Part shown: positions 21,795 through 34,210 of the stretch, in pieces
Layout: each line of letters starts with the position of its first letter
Numbering within the stretch: the first letter of the stretch is position 1
Origin: Hydrolagus affinis
Taxonomy: Eukaryota
Direction: 5' to 3'
NCBI GenBank assembly: GCA_012026655.1
Contig: JAAILG010000949.1
Coordinates: forward strand, 1 to 64,000
DNA length: 64,000 nucleotides
Made by a program: the position numbers and the translations under genes
Notes under the pieces: model-generated
Seen by the model: only the letters and a program-made list of their open reading frames with translations
What the model was told of the DNA's origin: nothing
Database searches by the model: none

Positions 21795-22415
21795 ACAGTT
21801 ACTGGAGTGTGCCGGTCTATATAGGTGCCAATCACTAGAGGTACCAGTCACTGTGGGTAATTGTTACTGTGGGTGCCAGTCACTGTGAATGCCAGTCACT
21901 GTGAATGCCAGTCACTGTGGGTACCAGTTACTGGGGGTGCCAGTTACTGTGGGTAATTGTTACTGTGGGTGCCAGTTACTAGGGGTGCCAGTCACTTTGG
22001 GTGCCAGTCACTGTGGGTGCCAGTCACTGTGGGTACCAGTTACTGGGGTGCCAGTCACTGTGGGTAAATGTTACTGTGAGTGCTAGTTACTGTGGGTGCC
22101 AGTCACTGGGGGTGCCAGTCACCGTGGGTAAATGTTACTGTGGATGCCAGTTACTGTGGGTGCCAGTCACTGTGGATGCCAGTTACTGTGGATGCCAGTT
22201 ACTGTGGGTGCCAGTTACTGTGGGTGCCAGTTACTCGGGGTGTCAGTCACTGTGGGTGCCAGTTACTGGGTTACTTGGGGGTGTCAGTAGCTAAGGACTA
22301 TAATCACTGTGAGGGTGCCAGTCCTCTTGTCAATGTGGATTCCAGTTAGGGTGCCAGGTAACTAAGCTTGCCAGTTACTGTGGTGCCAGTCACTGTGGTG
22401 CCCGTCACCATGGAT
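21795..22415. repeat. 16-bp minisatellite (TGCCAGTYACTGTGGG) with a variant unit (TAAWTGTTACTGTGGG)
   Basis: Directly visible tandem array of some 30 units, degenerate at both edges. Confidence 0.95.
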
Positions 22416-22779
22416 ACCATGGATTATTTTCAAATTGATTTCATGTCAAATGAAACCGTGCCTTCAGCCACCCTCCTACCCTCTCTGCCTTCCCCCCACC
22501 ATATTTAATCCCATTCTGATCGGCTTCTTGGGACATCCTCCTCCCAACGTGAAAGGCGCTTTACAAATGTAATTTTGCATTGTATTACTGTATATTATAT
22601 CCTGTCAGAGAGAAGAAACCTTCATTGTACCAGCTGATTCATAGCCATGTCCCCAACGGTGTTAGAATATATTGTGCCGTCTATTGGCTGATCAGAGTGA
22701 GGGATGGAAAGTGATTGTGTTGTATTCTTAGTCACTTCACACCCTCTCCCACTGATACCAATGTTCATACAGGAGCAAA

Positions 22780-23050
22780 GAACGTGCATTTTTATACTGC
22801 AGAACTTTATCACATTGAAATATCTCAGAGCTGCGAATTGTAGTAACTGGTTTCATAGACAAAAGTGGCAGCCATTTTCTCCTTCAAGATCCTTCAAAAC
22901 AGCCATAAAGTAAATGACCAATTAATCTGGTGAATTGTTGGCTAGGACACCAGCAGAAACTTTCTTTTGTTGTATAACAGGAACATGGGATCTTTAACGT
23001 TCATGGAAAGAACGAACAGAAAGACACGGTTTAATGTTTGATCCATAGGA
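22780..23050 (-). mobile_element. Deu-domain SINE, degraded
   Basis: gtggcagccatttt...tgttggctaggacacc...catgggatctttaacgttc...cacggtttaatgttt. Confidence 0.7.
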
Positions 23051-23636
23051 TAGAGGGAAGGGAAGAGTGATGAAGGGGACTTGAGGACTTTCCAACGTAT
23101 CACAGGAGAACATCAGATTAGATAAGCCCACCAGGCTGCTGTCCAAGGTCTCCTAGTCAAGAGGAGACTATTTCCTTTCTCCTCCATCTACATAATCTGT
23201 GACCCAGGGCAAAGAGGCTCAAGGGCTGAGGCAGGAGAAACAAGCTTTTATCTCTCAAAGGAGAAAAAACACCCTCAAAAGCAATGGAAAGAACTCAGGA
23301 TGAGCATTAAAGCCTGATGCACACAAGAGAATAGAGCATCAGTCAGACTATTGACATCTGAGAGGATTCAGTCTACACAAAGCAATCTAACACAATGGAT
23401 AGTCTTTCTTCAACTCTTTCCAACCTAATGATTTCCCAAGATGGCATTGCTCTTCCCAGAATAACCGGTGAGCTCAGCACAGCACCACTGTCACTACCAG
23501 AGATAAATAAAAACTAAAATGCACTTACCAGCAAATAACTGGCTGATCTCCATTAACATCAGTGTTGAGGTCGTGAAGAATTCCCTTTAAACGGAAACCT
23601 CAGCTCTAAAGGCCATTCCTGTAGATTGTCTACATT

Positions 23637-23736
23637 NNNNNNNNNNNNNNNNNNNNNNNNNNNNNNNNNNNNNNNNNNNNNNNNNNNNNNNNNNNNNNNN
23701 NNNNNNNNNNNNNNNNNNNNNNNNNNNNNNNNNNNN
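23637..23736. other. Assembly gap (100 N)
   Basis: Exactly 100 N, a common placeholder for a gap of unknown size; the right flank begins inside a SINE. Confidence 0.98.
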
Positions 23737-23875
23737 GGATTATTATTAGGCGTGTGGAGTAAGGAAACTTGCCCAAGGTTTCGCCCTGACCTGCCTGGAT
23801 TCGAACACAGGTCTCCCCAGCTTGGTTTCCCCAGCTTGCAAGACAAGTGCTCTAACCACTGAGCCACAGGAGCTC
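23737..23875 (-). mobile_element. tRNA-derived SINE, short subfamily, cut by the gap
   Basis: ggattattattaggcgtgtggagtaaggaaacttgcccaagg...ggattcgaac...tgctctaaccactgagccacagga. Confidence 0.88.
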
Positions 23876-24204
23876 CACATCCACAGGAGCTCCACGTACT
23901 TTGGGGGCAGTGTGTGCTTGTTGGATTTATAATAATAATAATTCTCGCATTTCATACATCATACATCCCATCGTCAGGACGTTTCAAAGCGCTTCACAGG
24001 ATATTACCGTAATGTGTATTTTGATAGTGAACACTTGGGGTTCTCATCAAGGAGTTGCTGGATGCCTATCTGATTTATGCAGAGACACTGAAGCTCATAA
24101 CGAGGCATCTCCTTCTCTTTGGCTGAGAGTGAGTAACGAGTGCAGGCTGGAACTCTGCTAGTCAGTGCTTTCACCAAGCGACCGTGGAGGGAGCAAAGCT
24201 GGTA

Positions 24205-24470
24205 GTAATAACAATCCTTGCTTTGATAGCACCTTGTCATGTCAGAAGGACATCTCAAAGCGCTTCACGGGAGTTACTGTGAAATGGAGTGGCTGTATTT
24301 GTGGGTGGGGAAGCACAACTACACACAACAGAATCCCACAAACAGCCATTGAGTCAGTGACCAATTTTATTTCGGGTGGATTGTCGACTCGGACACTGGA
24401 AGAGAGAAACTCAGTTCTCTTTTCGAATAGTGCCATAGGATTTTTAACATCCACCTGAACAGGCAGAGTC
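24205..24470 (-). mobile_element. Deu-domain SINE 3' portion
   Basis: atccttgctttgatagcacc tail; gaatagtgccataggatttttaacatccacctgaacaggcag core. Confidence 0.82.
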
Positions 24471-24984
24471 AGAGATGAGAATACTACCATTGTGCCAAGC
24501 TGACACACACAGGATGCACAGTATTTAAGGGAAGTAATTGGATGTTTTAAATGGAGACAATTCATTTCACTTCTTTAGATTTATTTGCCATTAAAATTCA
24601 ATCCACATGCCAGGCGAGTTCACCAAACAGCATTTGGATTTAAAAATGGATGTGAGTTTTTGTGATATTTATAGTGTAAAACAATGGTATTAGGCCCAAT
24701 AAATGTTAGCAGCCCCACTGTAATAATTAAATATTGACTATTTCCTAGTCTATCTCACTGAATCATTGGTAGAAACCGTAGGAACATTTACAAGACAGGT
24801 GAGGGTTAGGGTTAGAATGACTGTAAACCACATCAAACTCAGGCATGAAGCAGCTAATGAAATGCTGTACTTTGTACTTAGATCTTTCTACCTCTTTCAT
24901 CAACGCTGAGAGATTCGGGATAAATATTTTATATTCAGATAGTCAGTATCGTACAGTATAAATACCTTGTCTTTAGTACTGCAA

Positions 24985-25448
24985 TCACCACCATTCGGCT
25001 CCCCATTCCTGAGGATAGAATTCAAAATCCTCGTTCTCTCTTTCAAGGCCCTCCACGGCCTTGCCCTCTCTTACATCTCTGACCTGCTGACCCTCTATCA
25101 ACCTGTCCACTCCCCCATTTAGCAAACTCCGACCTGCACCATCTCTCCTGCTTAACCCAACCCTACCACTGGCGGCCAGGGTTTCAATCTCTCTGCCCCA
25201 CCCTTTAGCACTCCATCCTGCAATCCCTAAGCTTTGATCCCTCCCTAGCCCCCTTCAAGGCACGACTCAAGACCCTCCTTTTTAACCTCGCCTTCAGCCA
25301 CCCTCCCACCTCTCTGCCCTCCCTCACCTAAACCTTGCCACCCCCCACTCACCCCCCAACTCTCGGGTCCTGATCCCCAAGTGTTCAACACCTTGGGCGG
25401 TCCTCATGATGTGAAAGACGCTTTACAAATGTAATTTTGTTGTTGTTG
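24985..25448 (+). mobile_element. L2 3' end
   Basis: RIEFKILVLSFKALHGLA...SDLL...FKARLKTLLFNLAF; (TTG)n tail. Confidence 0.88.
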
Positions 25449-26759
25449 TATAACCAGCTTGATTTGTGACCTGAGCACTGTGTGCATTCTGTGTGTGTGT
25501 GTATGTATGTGTCTGTCTGGCTGATGAGGCATTTGGTGCTTACAATATTCATCATCCTCTTTGACACTAACTCCTTCCTGACTGTATCAAACATGTTATG
25601 AGCAGCCACTTGACCTTTACTCTTCAGGATCTGAAAACTTCAATAAAGTCACCCCAGGGACTTCTTTTCTCCAATCTTTCCTGTAGCTCTAGTGCCTGAT
25701 CCCACGTATCACTGATGGCCTATCTCTGTGCCCTTTCTGAAAACAGTATATCTCAGTTTGACACAGACACTATACGTATACACAGGTAGGGGTGGACAAG
25801 CCCGGTGGTGCTTACTGTGCTCTATTCCTGTAGCTATCTACCCTCCGGCTATCCACCATAACATAGGGTCTGTTTAAGACGAGAGCAATTAGCAACACTA
25901 ACTTGTATTTACATAGTGCCTTTCACCTGCAGTGAACATCTCAAAACACTTTACAATGCAGCAACATCAACAAGCAGGGAGGAAAGCAGGGGAAGATTGA
26001 CAGTGTGGATCCAAAGACACGGTCAAAGAGGTACATATTTAAGAGTTTTTGAAGCTAGAGAGGTGTGAGAGACTTGGGGAGAGAATTCCACAGAGAGAGA
26101 CAGAAAGGAGACCTATCTTCATCTTCAGACAGCACCGCTGAATATTTAATGGATGTCATATTTATCAGTTGGCAAAGGGAAAATAATACAGCAGGCTTCA
26201 CATTAAGAACTATCAAGTTGATTTGTCCTTTCTGTTACTTCTCTGAGGGGACGGAGAGTAAGCTAAGTAAGTTTCCAGTCTGTGTAATCTCGTGCAACAG
26301 AGACTCCTGAACAATGCAGTGTAATTCTGAAGAAACCTGCTTTACCTTTTTCGGATCAATTATATATGAAAATATGGGTGGAATGTAAGATGTTTGCTTC
26401 TAAAATATAGTCGCTACACTCTATAGTAAATTTTCAAGGCACATAAAGACATGATAAAGCTCTATATCAAATACAATGTTTTTATTATTTATTATAATTA
26501 CATAATTATTGATGTACCTATAATTTCCTTTATACGCATGCATTTGAACATGATCTACACAACTCGCATAATAGCACCCAATGAATTTTAATTTCAGCAG
26601 AATGGGGTAAAATAACATTCAAAGACTAGTGTAGTAAAATATACTATTTGCAACCACTCACGAACTTCATTCTGAGTTTACATGGAAATCCCAGGGCAAA
26701 TGCTCACTATCATTATGGGACATTATTTACACCTGTGGGAATGCAGGGAGGAGGAAGGG

Positions 26760-27070
26760 AATGTTAATGATCTATACTTCAAACTAAAGAGGAACAGAGG
26801 AAACTTCAGAGGAGCACTGATCACTGGATGAAGCTCATGATAGAGTGATTATACAATAATAAGCCTTGCATTTGATTTGGGAAGCAGTTGAAGCAGGAAT
26901 TGTTGAAACACAAATCTTCAAACACAGATTAAATAGTTTTCTTTTATGAAATAACATTATGGGATATAGTACATAGGTAATTCTGGACATATGTGCATTT
27001 GACAACCAGGAAGATGGAAGGTGAACTAGGTGGCCTATGGGCTTTTATTTGTCATGCATTTCTCATGGCT
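26760..27070 (+). mobile_element. Old CR1 3' fragment
   Basis: cagaggagcactgatcactggatgaagctc...gggaagcagttgaagcagga...ttatgggatatag; degenerate CR1 ORF2 end. Confidence 0.45.
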
Positions 27071-27215
27071 GTGCTGAAAAGATTCAATGATACCTTTTAA
27101 GAAGGAAAAATGACTTAATTATTGAGACACCCACAAGGAGGGGGGGTGGGGGAGGGGGGGAGGGATTATAGCCAGGGAAGTGGGGGGTATAGCCAGGGAT
27201 GTGTGGGTGGGGAGC

Positions 27216-27538
27216 AGTCCTGTAGCTCAATGGTTAGAGCACTCGTCTTACAAGCAAGAGACCTGGGTTCGATTCCCAGCCAGGGCAAAACCTTGGACAA
27301 GTTTCCTTACTCCACACTCCTGATAATAAGCCCTAAAAAAAAAAAATATTAAATTGGTCAGTTGAATCCACGACTGTTTTGTGGGACATCACTGTCCACA
27401 AGCAATTGGCTGCCGAGGTTCACGCACAAATATTTGGTCAATTCACTTTACGTTATATTCTGTGAAGCGCTTTCAGACGTCTAGAAGATGTGGAAAGTGC
27501 TGTATCAAATGCAAGGATTCTTCTTCTTATTATTATTA
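27216..27538 (+). mobile_element. tRNA-derived SINE, short subfamily, intact A and B boxes
   Basis: TAGCTCAATGG (A box), GGTTCGATTCC (B box), anticodon-like loop CTTACAA, tctagaag tail and (TTA)n. Confidence 0.92.
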
Positions 27539-27962
27539 CTGTTTCCTCTTAACCTGGCGAGCAGCTCTAGTGGACTAGGAGCTCCATGTTTGTTGCCCAG
27601 GCAGTCCATCTCTACCAGAATCCCCAATGTGAATTGCCGACTGCCCATGTTATGCCTCTAGGGACAGGTCTCCCACTGCCTCTGCAGTGAGCTGACTCCA
27701 TCAAACCTTTAAGATTGTATTTTTCTGACCTTCCAGAGGTGGCTGACAGACTCGTGTCTTTCCTCCCTGATGTTCCCGGTTCTGTGCCCCTCACTGTGGT
27801 TGCTGTCATTTGAGAGAAAAAAAACCTGAGGATTTCCCTCTCTCTACTCATTCTATACATTAACCTTTTGGAGTGTAAGGGAATGAGGAATAAGATATAT
27901 TGACTGTTTGGCTACACACCCACATAATAAACCCATTGTGTAGAAAATCCTGTCTCTGCTTT

Positions 27963-28172
27963 GTGTAATACCATGTGACGTCTGTATAATACCTGTGTTA
28001 CATCCATGTAATACTGTTTAACACACATGCAACACTCGTGTAATACTTGTGATATATGATGTATGATGCCCATGTAATACCCATGTTATACACATGTAAT
28101 ACTTGCATATACCTGCATAATACCTGTGCAATACCGTGTTATACCCTCATACCCATGCAAAACCCACATGCT
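27963..28172. repeat. Degenerate 11-bp tandem repeat (TAATACCCATG-like)
   Basis: Recurrent taatacc(c)atg / taatacctgtg / taatacttgtg units. Confidence 0.7.
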
Positions 28173-28717
28173 CCCCATAGTTATTGACACTGAGATAAAT
28201 TGACAATTCTCATTGTAGGAAGGGGGGGTGGGGGGTGGCGGAGGGGGGGAGAGAGAAATGAACAAATAAAGCCTGGCTTTAGTTCAACACTCACAAGCCA
28301 CTAACATTGTTTAATGATTTCATTTACAGCAGAAAGCTGCTGTGTCAGCACATTGTGCTTTATTAGTTTCCCTGCTCCGCACGGCTCACTTTCAACCCGA
28401 TGATTAATACTGCAGTGAAAAACACAAGAGCACGCTCCGAAACATTCGACCTCCAAAGCTGCAGAAGGCTACCGGTGATGACATCCTTTGTCACTGCACA
28501 CACATCCCATCAGACTGTAGCCACGTGGATGCTGGGGCTCCATTGATTCAAACCAAATCAGAAACTGTAGGCCAGTGTGATTAAAGATGACAATGAATGG
28601 AAGGCACATGTTGCCAGGTTTGATTGAACATGGGGAGATGGATTGCCCAGTGGGTGCAGCACGAGGCCCTACAGTTCAGAAGATCACAGGTTTGCTTCTC
28701 AGTCTGCACTGTGACTT

Positions 28718-29010
28718 CTAATAATAATCCTTGCATTTGATGTAACGCTTACAGCAGGTTGTTGAGAAGCCTTAAAATGCTCCCACGGGATATACGGTAA
28801 AGTGTAGTGACTGTGTGTTTTCTGGACAAATTGCAGCAGCTAATTGCACACAGCGGTATTACACAAACAGTCGTGGATTGAGTGACCACATTTTTTTGGA
28901 GGGATTATTACCTCCGGAATATGATCAACCAATCGACTAACAACCAGGTTCCTACTTACTGCTAAGTAAACAGGGGCGTGTGGAGTAAGGAAACATGCCT
29001 GAGGTTTCAT
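28718..29010 (-). mobile_element. tRNA-derived SINE, long subfamily
   Basis: Tail at left; contains the full central block ccaatcgactaacaaccaggttcctacttactgctaagtaaacag. Confidence 0.88.
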
Positions 29011-30462
29011 TGGTTTTAGGCATTCTTCTATCTCTTGCCTGAACCCCCTATTCTACAAATAAGTTCTACACTCTTCTACCTTCTCCTCTCTCAGCTTTAG
29101 CTTGTATGAAACCAAAGGTGATTGACCAGATTTCAGAGACTTCATTTGTGTATACGACTGATTTATCCACTTATGCGAGCGGGAGACGTGACAAATGTAC
29201 ACCCCACACACACCCATCCCGATGTGAAAGGAGCTTCACAAAATGTAATTTTGTTGTGGTGGTTGTGGTTGTGGCCACTGTGATTGATTCCCGAATCTAA
29301 CGTGAGAGGCCGTCATTGGCTGAAACTTTTAATGATTTTCCTTTTGTGAGAATTTGTCACTTGTGTAATATGCATGGCTGCAGAGTGAAGAGTCAATAGA
29401 AATAGTAAATCTCAGCTCTATCCATCATCACGGCACACTCTGAATCTATCATTCGATAGAGAGTCTCACTTGCATAGTTGCGAAAAGCGCTATATATATC
29501 ACACAAAAGGATTATTATTATTATTATGAACCTGTGGCTGAGTCTGTTAGAGAATGAAGTGTGAGAGTGTGGAAGGGTAAACCTCCACTGCACTGGAACA
29601 AAAATGATTTGCTGTACACAATCAATCTAGTTTACAGAATATTCTGTGAGGTGCTTTGAGATGACTTGAAGATGTGATAAGACTCTATAACAAACGCAAG
29701 GATTATTATATTAAAGACAGAAGTATGAGCGAAGATTGGTCATCGTCGGGCCGCTGCCTGACAAAATAAAGACTGAATGTAAAATTTTTTAACATTTTTC
29801 GGGCACAAAATCTCCCTCTTTAAAGCCAATCCTGTTTACAGAGATTTCCCTTTAAAGGAGGTCCTGAGGAAAACTTGTGTTAAAGTCATTAGACTTTCCT
29901 CGATATTTATAATCTATGGCAAATAATTCAATTTAGTAACAAAGATTCTTTTGCAGGTAATCAATACAGTTAAATTAGATTATTTAAAAAATTAGAACTA
30001 AACGATGAATTGATCAAAATAATCTTTTATACATTTAATTTTCCTTCCGAATGATTCATAAGAATTGACTAAATGCAATAGTCATAATCAATATGAATTG
30101 GATTGTTTTTTAAATAAATGGCAAAAAGCATTTGTTTTCATGCTTTCGATAGAAAGTGCAGAATTTGATGCAAGATTTGTGACTGGAGAAAACAATTCTT
30201 CTAATCTCACCCTATTTTTCTTCTTGCGATGATCTATTGTTACTGGTTTTCCATTAAGTCTTAATTTATCCTTTCAACCATTCAGTAGTTTTTTTAATAT
30301 GATAATTATAACCCTTGCATTTGATATAGCAGCTTATGATGTCGTTGGGAGGTCTCAAAGCGCTTCAAAGAATATATTGTAAGCTTTCATCACCGTAGCT
30401 TTCTCTGTACCACTGAAAATGGTCTCAGTGGTTGACCTCTCGTACCCAATCCTATTATAACG

Positions 30463-30758
30463 GAATCCTGTAGCTCAGTGGTTAGAGCACTCGACTTACA
30501 AGCGAGAGACTTGGGTTCAATTCTAGGCAGGACAAAACCTTGGGCAGTTGTCCTTATTCCACACACCTAATAATAATCCCTAAAAGAAACACAATAATAA
30601 CTTGGTCATTTCAAACCACGGCAGTTTGTGAAACACTGCTGTGCACAATTGGCTGCCGCGTTTCGCCCACGTATATACCGTCAATTCACTGTGAAGCTTT
30701 GAGACTTCCAGAAGACTGAAAAGCGCTATATCAAATGCAGGTACAATATTATTATTAT
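30463..30758 (+). mobile_element. tRNA-derived SINE, short subfamily
   Basis: tcctgtagctcagtggttagagcactcgacttacaagcgagagac...cacctaataataatccct...aagcgctatatcaaatgc. Confidence 0.92.
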
Positions 30759-30964
30759 AACATATTGGGGTCCAGAAAAATGACAATGGGTCTGTAAACC
30801 AAATGGACACAGGCCACACTTGTATTATGGTGTGACTGACTTCCTGCTCAGGTGTACGCAGTCCGTGCCTTAAGTGTACTGTACTGCCTCCAGTTACCAC
30901 AAATCCAATGTCCCGCAGTAACCACAAATCCAATACATGTGTATATTATCCACGATATAAATGA

Positions 30965-31928
30965 AGTTGATCTCCAGCAAAATGCTTTATACCATCTCTC
31001 CTCTCACCTCAATCTTCATGGTTCTCTCCTTGAATGGTTCAGATGATGCTACCTCTCACACCATCTCCACATCATCTCCACAAACAGTTTCTCTTCTACT
31101 CCCACTTTGCCTCGTGCGGCATTCCTCAGGGCTCTGTCCTTGGATATTCCCCGCCCCCCCCTCTTCAGTATCTATTTGCTCCCTTTTCAGTGAAATTATC
31201 TACAGGTCAACTTCTACATGTATTGGATGACACCCAACTGTATAACTCTGCCTCCACCCTTGACTTCAGGACCACTGCTGTCCTGACAGAATGCCTATCA
31301 GACACCATGTCCTGGATGAGAGCTAACTTTCTCCAGTTGAACATCAATAAGACCGTGGCCTTACTGATTGGCTCCCATCAGTACCTCCTCACCTCAGGTG
31401 TTGATAGCATTACCATCCAAGAATGCACACTACACCTTACTAAGCAAGTCTGGAATGTTGCCATCTCATTCGACTCTCAACTATCCCTTCTACCACCACA
31501 GTAGGTCCATGCCATGACCTACTCTGCCTTCCCCCACCTCCACAGCATTGCCTGACTCTGCCACTATCTCACACTACAGGCCGCCGAAACCCTAATAGGT
31601 GCATTCATAACATCCAGGCTTGACTATGCAAACTCCATGTTTGTCGGCCTCCCAATCCCCTCCCTACATAAGCTGCAGATCATCCAGAACTCTGCAGCCA
31701 GTGACTTCTTCCGCACCAAGCTCCATGACCCTATCACTCCCATCCTGGCCCAACTCCACTGGCTTCCCATCACACAGAGGATACAGTTTGAGATCCTGGT
31801 CCTCAACGTCAAAGCTCTCCATGGCCTTGCTCCCCACCTTCCTCTGCGACCTCCTAACCGCCTACCAACCTGCCTGCTCCCTCTGCTCAGCGGTCTCTGG
31901 CTGCTTCACATAATTTTGTTGTTATTGT
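30965..31928 (+). mobile_element. L2 LINE RT remnant
   Basis: GIPQGSVLG, DDTQLY, CLSDTMSWMRANFLQLNINKT, AFITSRLDYAN, LHKLQIIQNSAA, LAQLHWLPITQRIQFEIL; several frameshifts. Confidence 0.93.
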
Positions 31929-32092
31929 ACTCAAGCATCATTGAATCCTTGAGCTATGAGCAACGGTTAGACGAGTTAGGGTTTATTTTGAATTCTATTT
32001 GCCACCTTTCTGCCGCATTTCTGCAAGAAAAATCTTTGTCTGCCGCTGTGTGCTGAGCAGCAGGTATGCATGAGCCAAAGGAACCTCACAGA

Positions 32093-33465
32093 AGTCTAAC
32101 GTCAGTAGTGGGCAAACTTCTAGAGTCTATAATCAGGGACAAGATAGATCTTCACTTAGAAAGATATAGGCTAATAAAGGACAGCCAGCATGGATTTGTT
32201 AAAGGCAAATCTTGCCTTACAAATCTGATAGAATTTTTCAACGATGTAACAGAATGAATGGACGAGGGCAGCGCAGTTCATGCAGTTTACATGGACTTTC
32301 CAAAGGCATTTGACAAAGTGCCGCATGAGAGGCTTGTTAGGAAAATAGAGGCCCATGGCGTTAAAGGGACAGTGACAGCATGGATCCACAACTGGCTGCG
32401 AGACAGAAAGCAGAGAGTTGTGGTGAGTGGCTGTTTTACAGATTGGAGGGAAGTGTGCAGTGGCGTCCCCTAGGGATCGGTTTGGGGACCACTGCTCTTT
32501 TTAATATATATTAATGATCTGGACTTGGGTGTAGGGAGCACGGTTTCCAAATTTGCAGATGATACTAAGTTAGGGAGAATAGTAAATAGTAAGGAGGATA
32601 GTAACCATCTGCAAGATATAGATAAAATGGTAAAGTGGGCAAACACATGGCAGATGAAGTTTAATACAGAGAAGTGTGAGGTGATACACTGGGAGAAGAA
32701 ATGAGGGGAGACAATATAGGCTAGATAGTATAATTTTATAAGGTGTGAAGGAACAGAGAGACCTGGGGATTTGTGTTAGTGACTCTTTGAAAGTGGCAGG
32801 ACAAGTAGACAAAGCCATTAAGAAGGCATATGGGATACAAGGCTTTATAAATAGGGGTATAGAATACAAAAGTCAGGAAGTGCTGATAAACCTCTATAAG
32901 ACTTTGGTTAGGCCTCAGCTCGAGTACTGTGTACAATTCTGGTCACCACACTTTAGGAAGGATATTAAGGCATTGGAAAGGGTGCAGAGGAGATTTACTA
33001 GGATGGTTCCAGGAGTGAGGGACTTCAGCTATGAGGAAAGGCTAGATAGGCTAGTCTTATTCTCTCTAGAACAAAGAAGACTGAGAGGAGACCTAATAGA
33101 GGTTTAAAAGATTATGAGAGGTTTCAACAGGGTGTGTAGGGAAAGACTGTTTCCACTGGTGGGCGAATCAATGACTCGTGGTCACAGATTTAAAATAGTT
33201 TCAAAACGAAGCAGAGGGGAGCTGAAGAGAAATTTTTTTCACTCAGCAGATTGTTCGAATCTGGAATGCATTGCCTGAAAAGGTGGTGGAGGCAGATTCC
33301 ATAACAGCTTTTAAAAAGGAATTAGATCTTTACTTAGGAAGAGCAGGTCTGTTAGATTATGGGGAGAGAGCTGGGCAGTGGGATTGAGTTGCTCTATTCA
33401 AAGAGCCAGCACAGACTAGATGGGCCAAATGGCCTCCTTTTGTGTCGTATGATTTTATGATTCTA
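32093..33465 (+). mobile_element. Young 5'-truncated CR1 LINE (RT domain to 3' UTR), inactivated
   Basis: SLTSVVGKLLESII, SQHGFVKGKSCLTNLIEFF, YMDFPKAFDKVPH, GVP*GSVLGPLLF, FADD at 32552-32563, LVRPQLEYCVQFWSPH; premature stops at 32255, 32471 and 33105 plus frameshifts; (TATGATTY)n end. Confidence 0.97.
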
Positions 33466-33984
33466 AGCTGCACATAAAGTTACACAGAAACACAGCAATG
33501 AAGAGACATTCAGGCTTATAATCAATTCATGATCACAATTCAGAGCTTTGGTGACATCCTCAGTGTATCAAAGAGCTGCTTCCTCAATGCAAAATGCCAT
33601 GTGCAAGAGTTCTGAAGCACCGTTGAGGGCTGAGAAGATGGAAAATGTCAAATCATAAAGAGGAAAAAAGGAGAGAATCAAAGCACGATGCTGGATGAGA
33701 GCCAACAAGCTCTTGGGAAGAAAGTGTCTCACTGAAACCCAGGGCAGCTTCAAAGCCACTGTGCACACAAACGCAGATTGCTGGCATCTGATACTCGTGC
33801 TGAGAAAGTACTTTGTACAATATGTGGCATTGAGAAATCGTCCCTTATTACCATCACAAAGCTCTCACCGGGTTGTCGTCAACAGAATGTTTGTTGCAAC
33901 ACGTGCCATAGATTGGCACAAAGTCACATCATGGCAAGTTTACGTGCATTTTTTCTCAGTTGTTTACCCAGTAGCTACTGGTAC

Positions 33985-34210
33985 AGAGTCAATCGTAAGA
34001 GAAAGAATTGATAAGCAGGTGAATAAGAATAAATTGATCAGAGACTGCCAAGCAAACCTGACTTAAAAAAGCATGTTTGACTGATCAAATTTCAGGAGAT
34101 TACTGAGAGCACAAATAAAGGAATTGGGGTGCACTTTATACGTACTTTCAGAAGGCCTTTGATAAAATACTGAATAAGAGATAAATATCAAAGGGTATTA
34201 AAGTAAGGCA
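33985..34210 (+). mobile_element. Old CR1 RT fragment
   Basis: ESIVRERI....KNKLIRDCQ....K.CL.D...; tactttcagaaggcctttgataaa corresponds to (D)FQKAFDK. Confidence 0.65.

Noticed and set aside
21889-22349. Cys/Val-rich repetitive ORFs, or a CRISPR-like array
   Set aside because: Translation of a 16-bp minisatellite; no unique spacers, no cas genes, vertebrate context.
27216-27290. tRNA-Val genes (also at 10416, 30463, 42579, 58393)
   Set aside because: Each continues into a SINE body and tail, has stem mismatches and lacks an adjacent oligo-T terminator.
32066-33107. RT ORFs as a functional or domesticated gene
   Set aside because: 5'-truncated CR1 with three premature stops and frameshifts.
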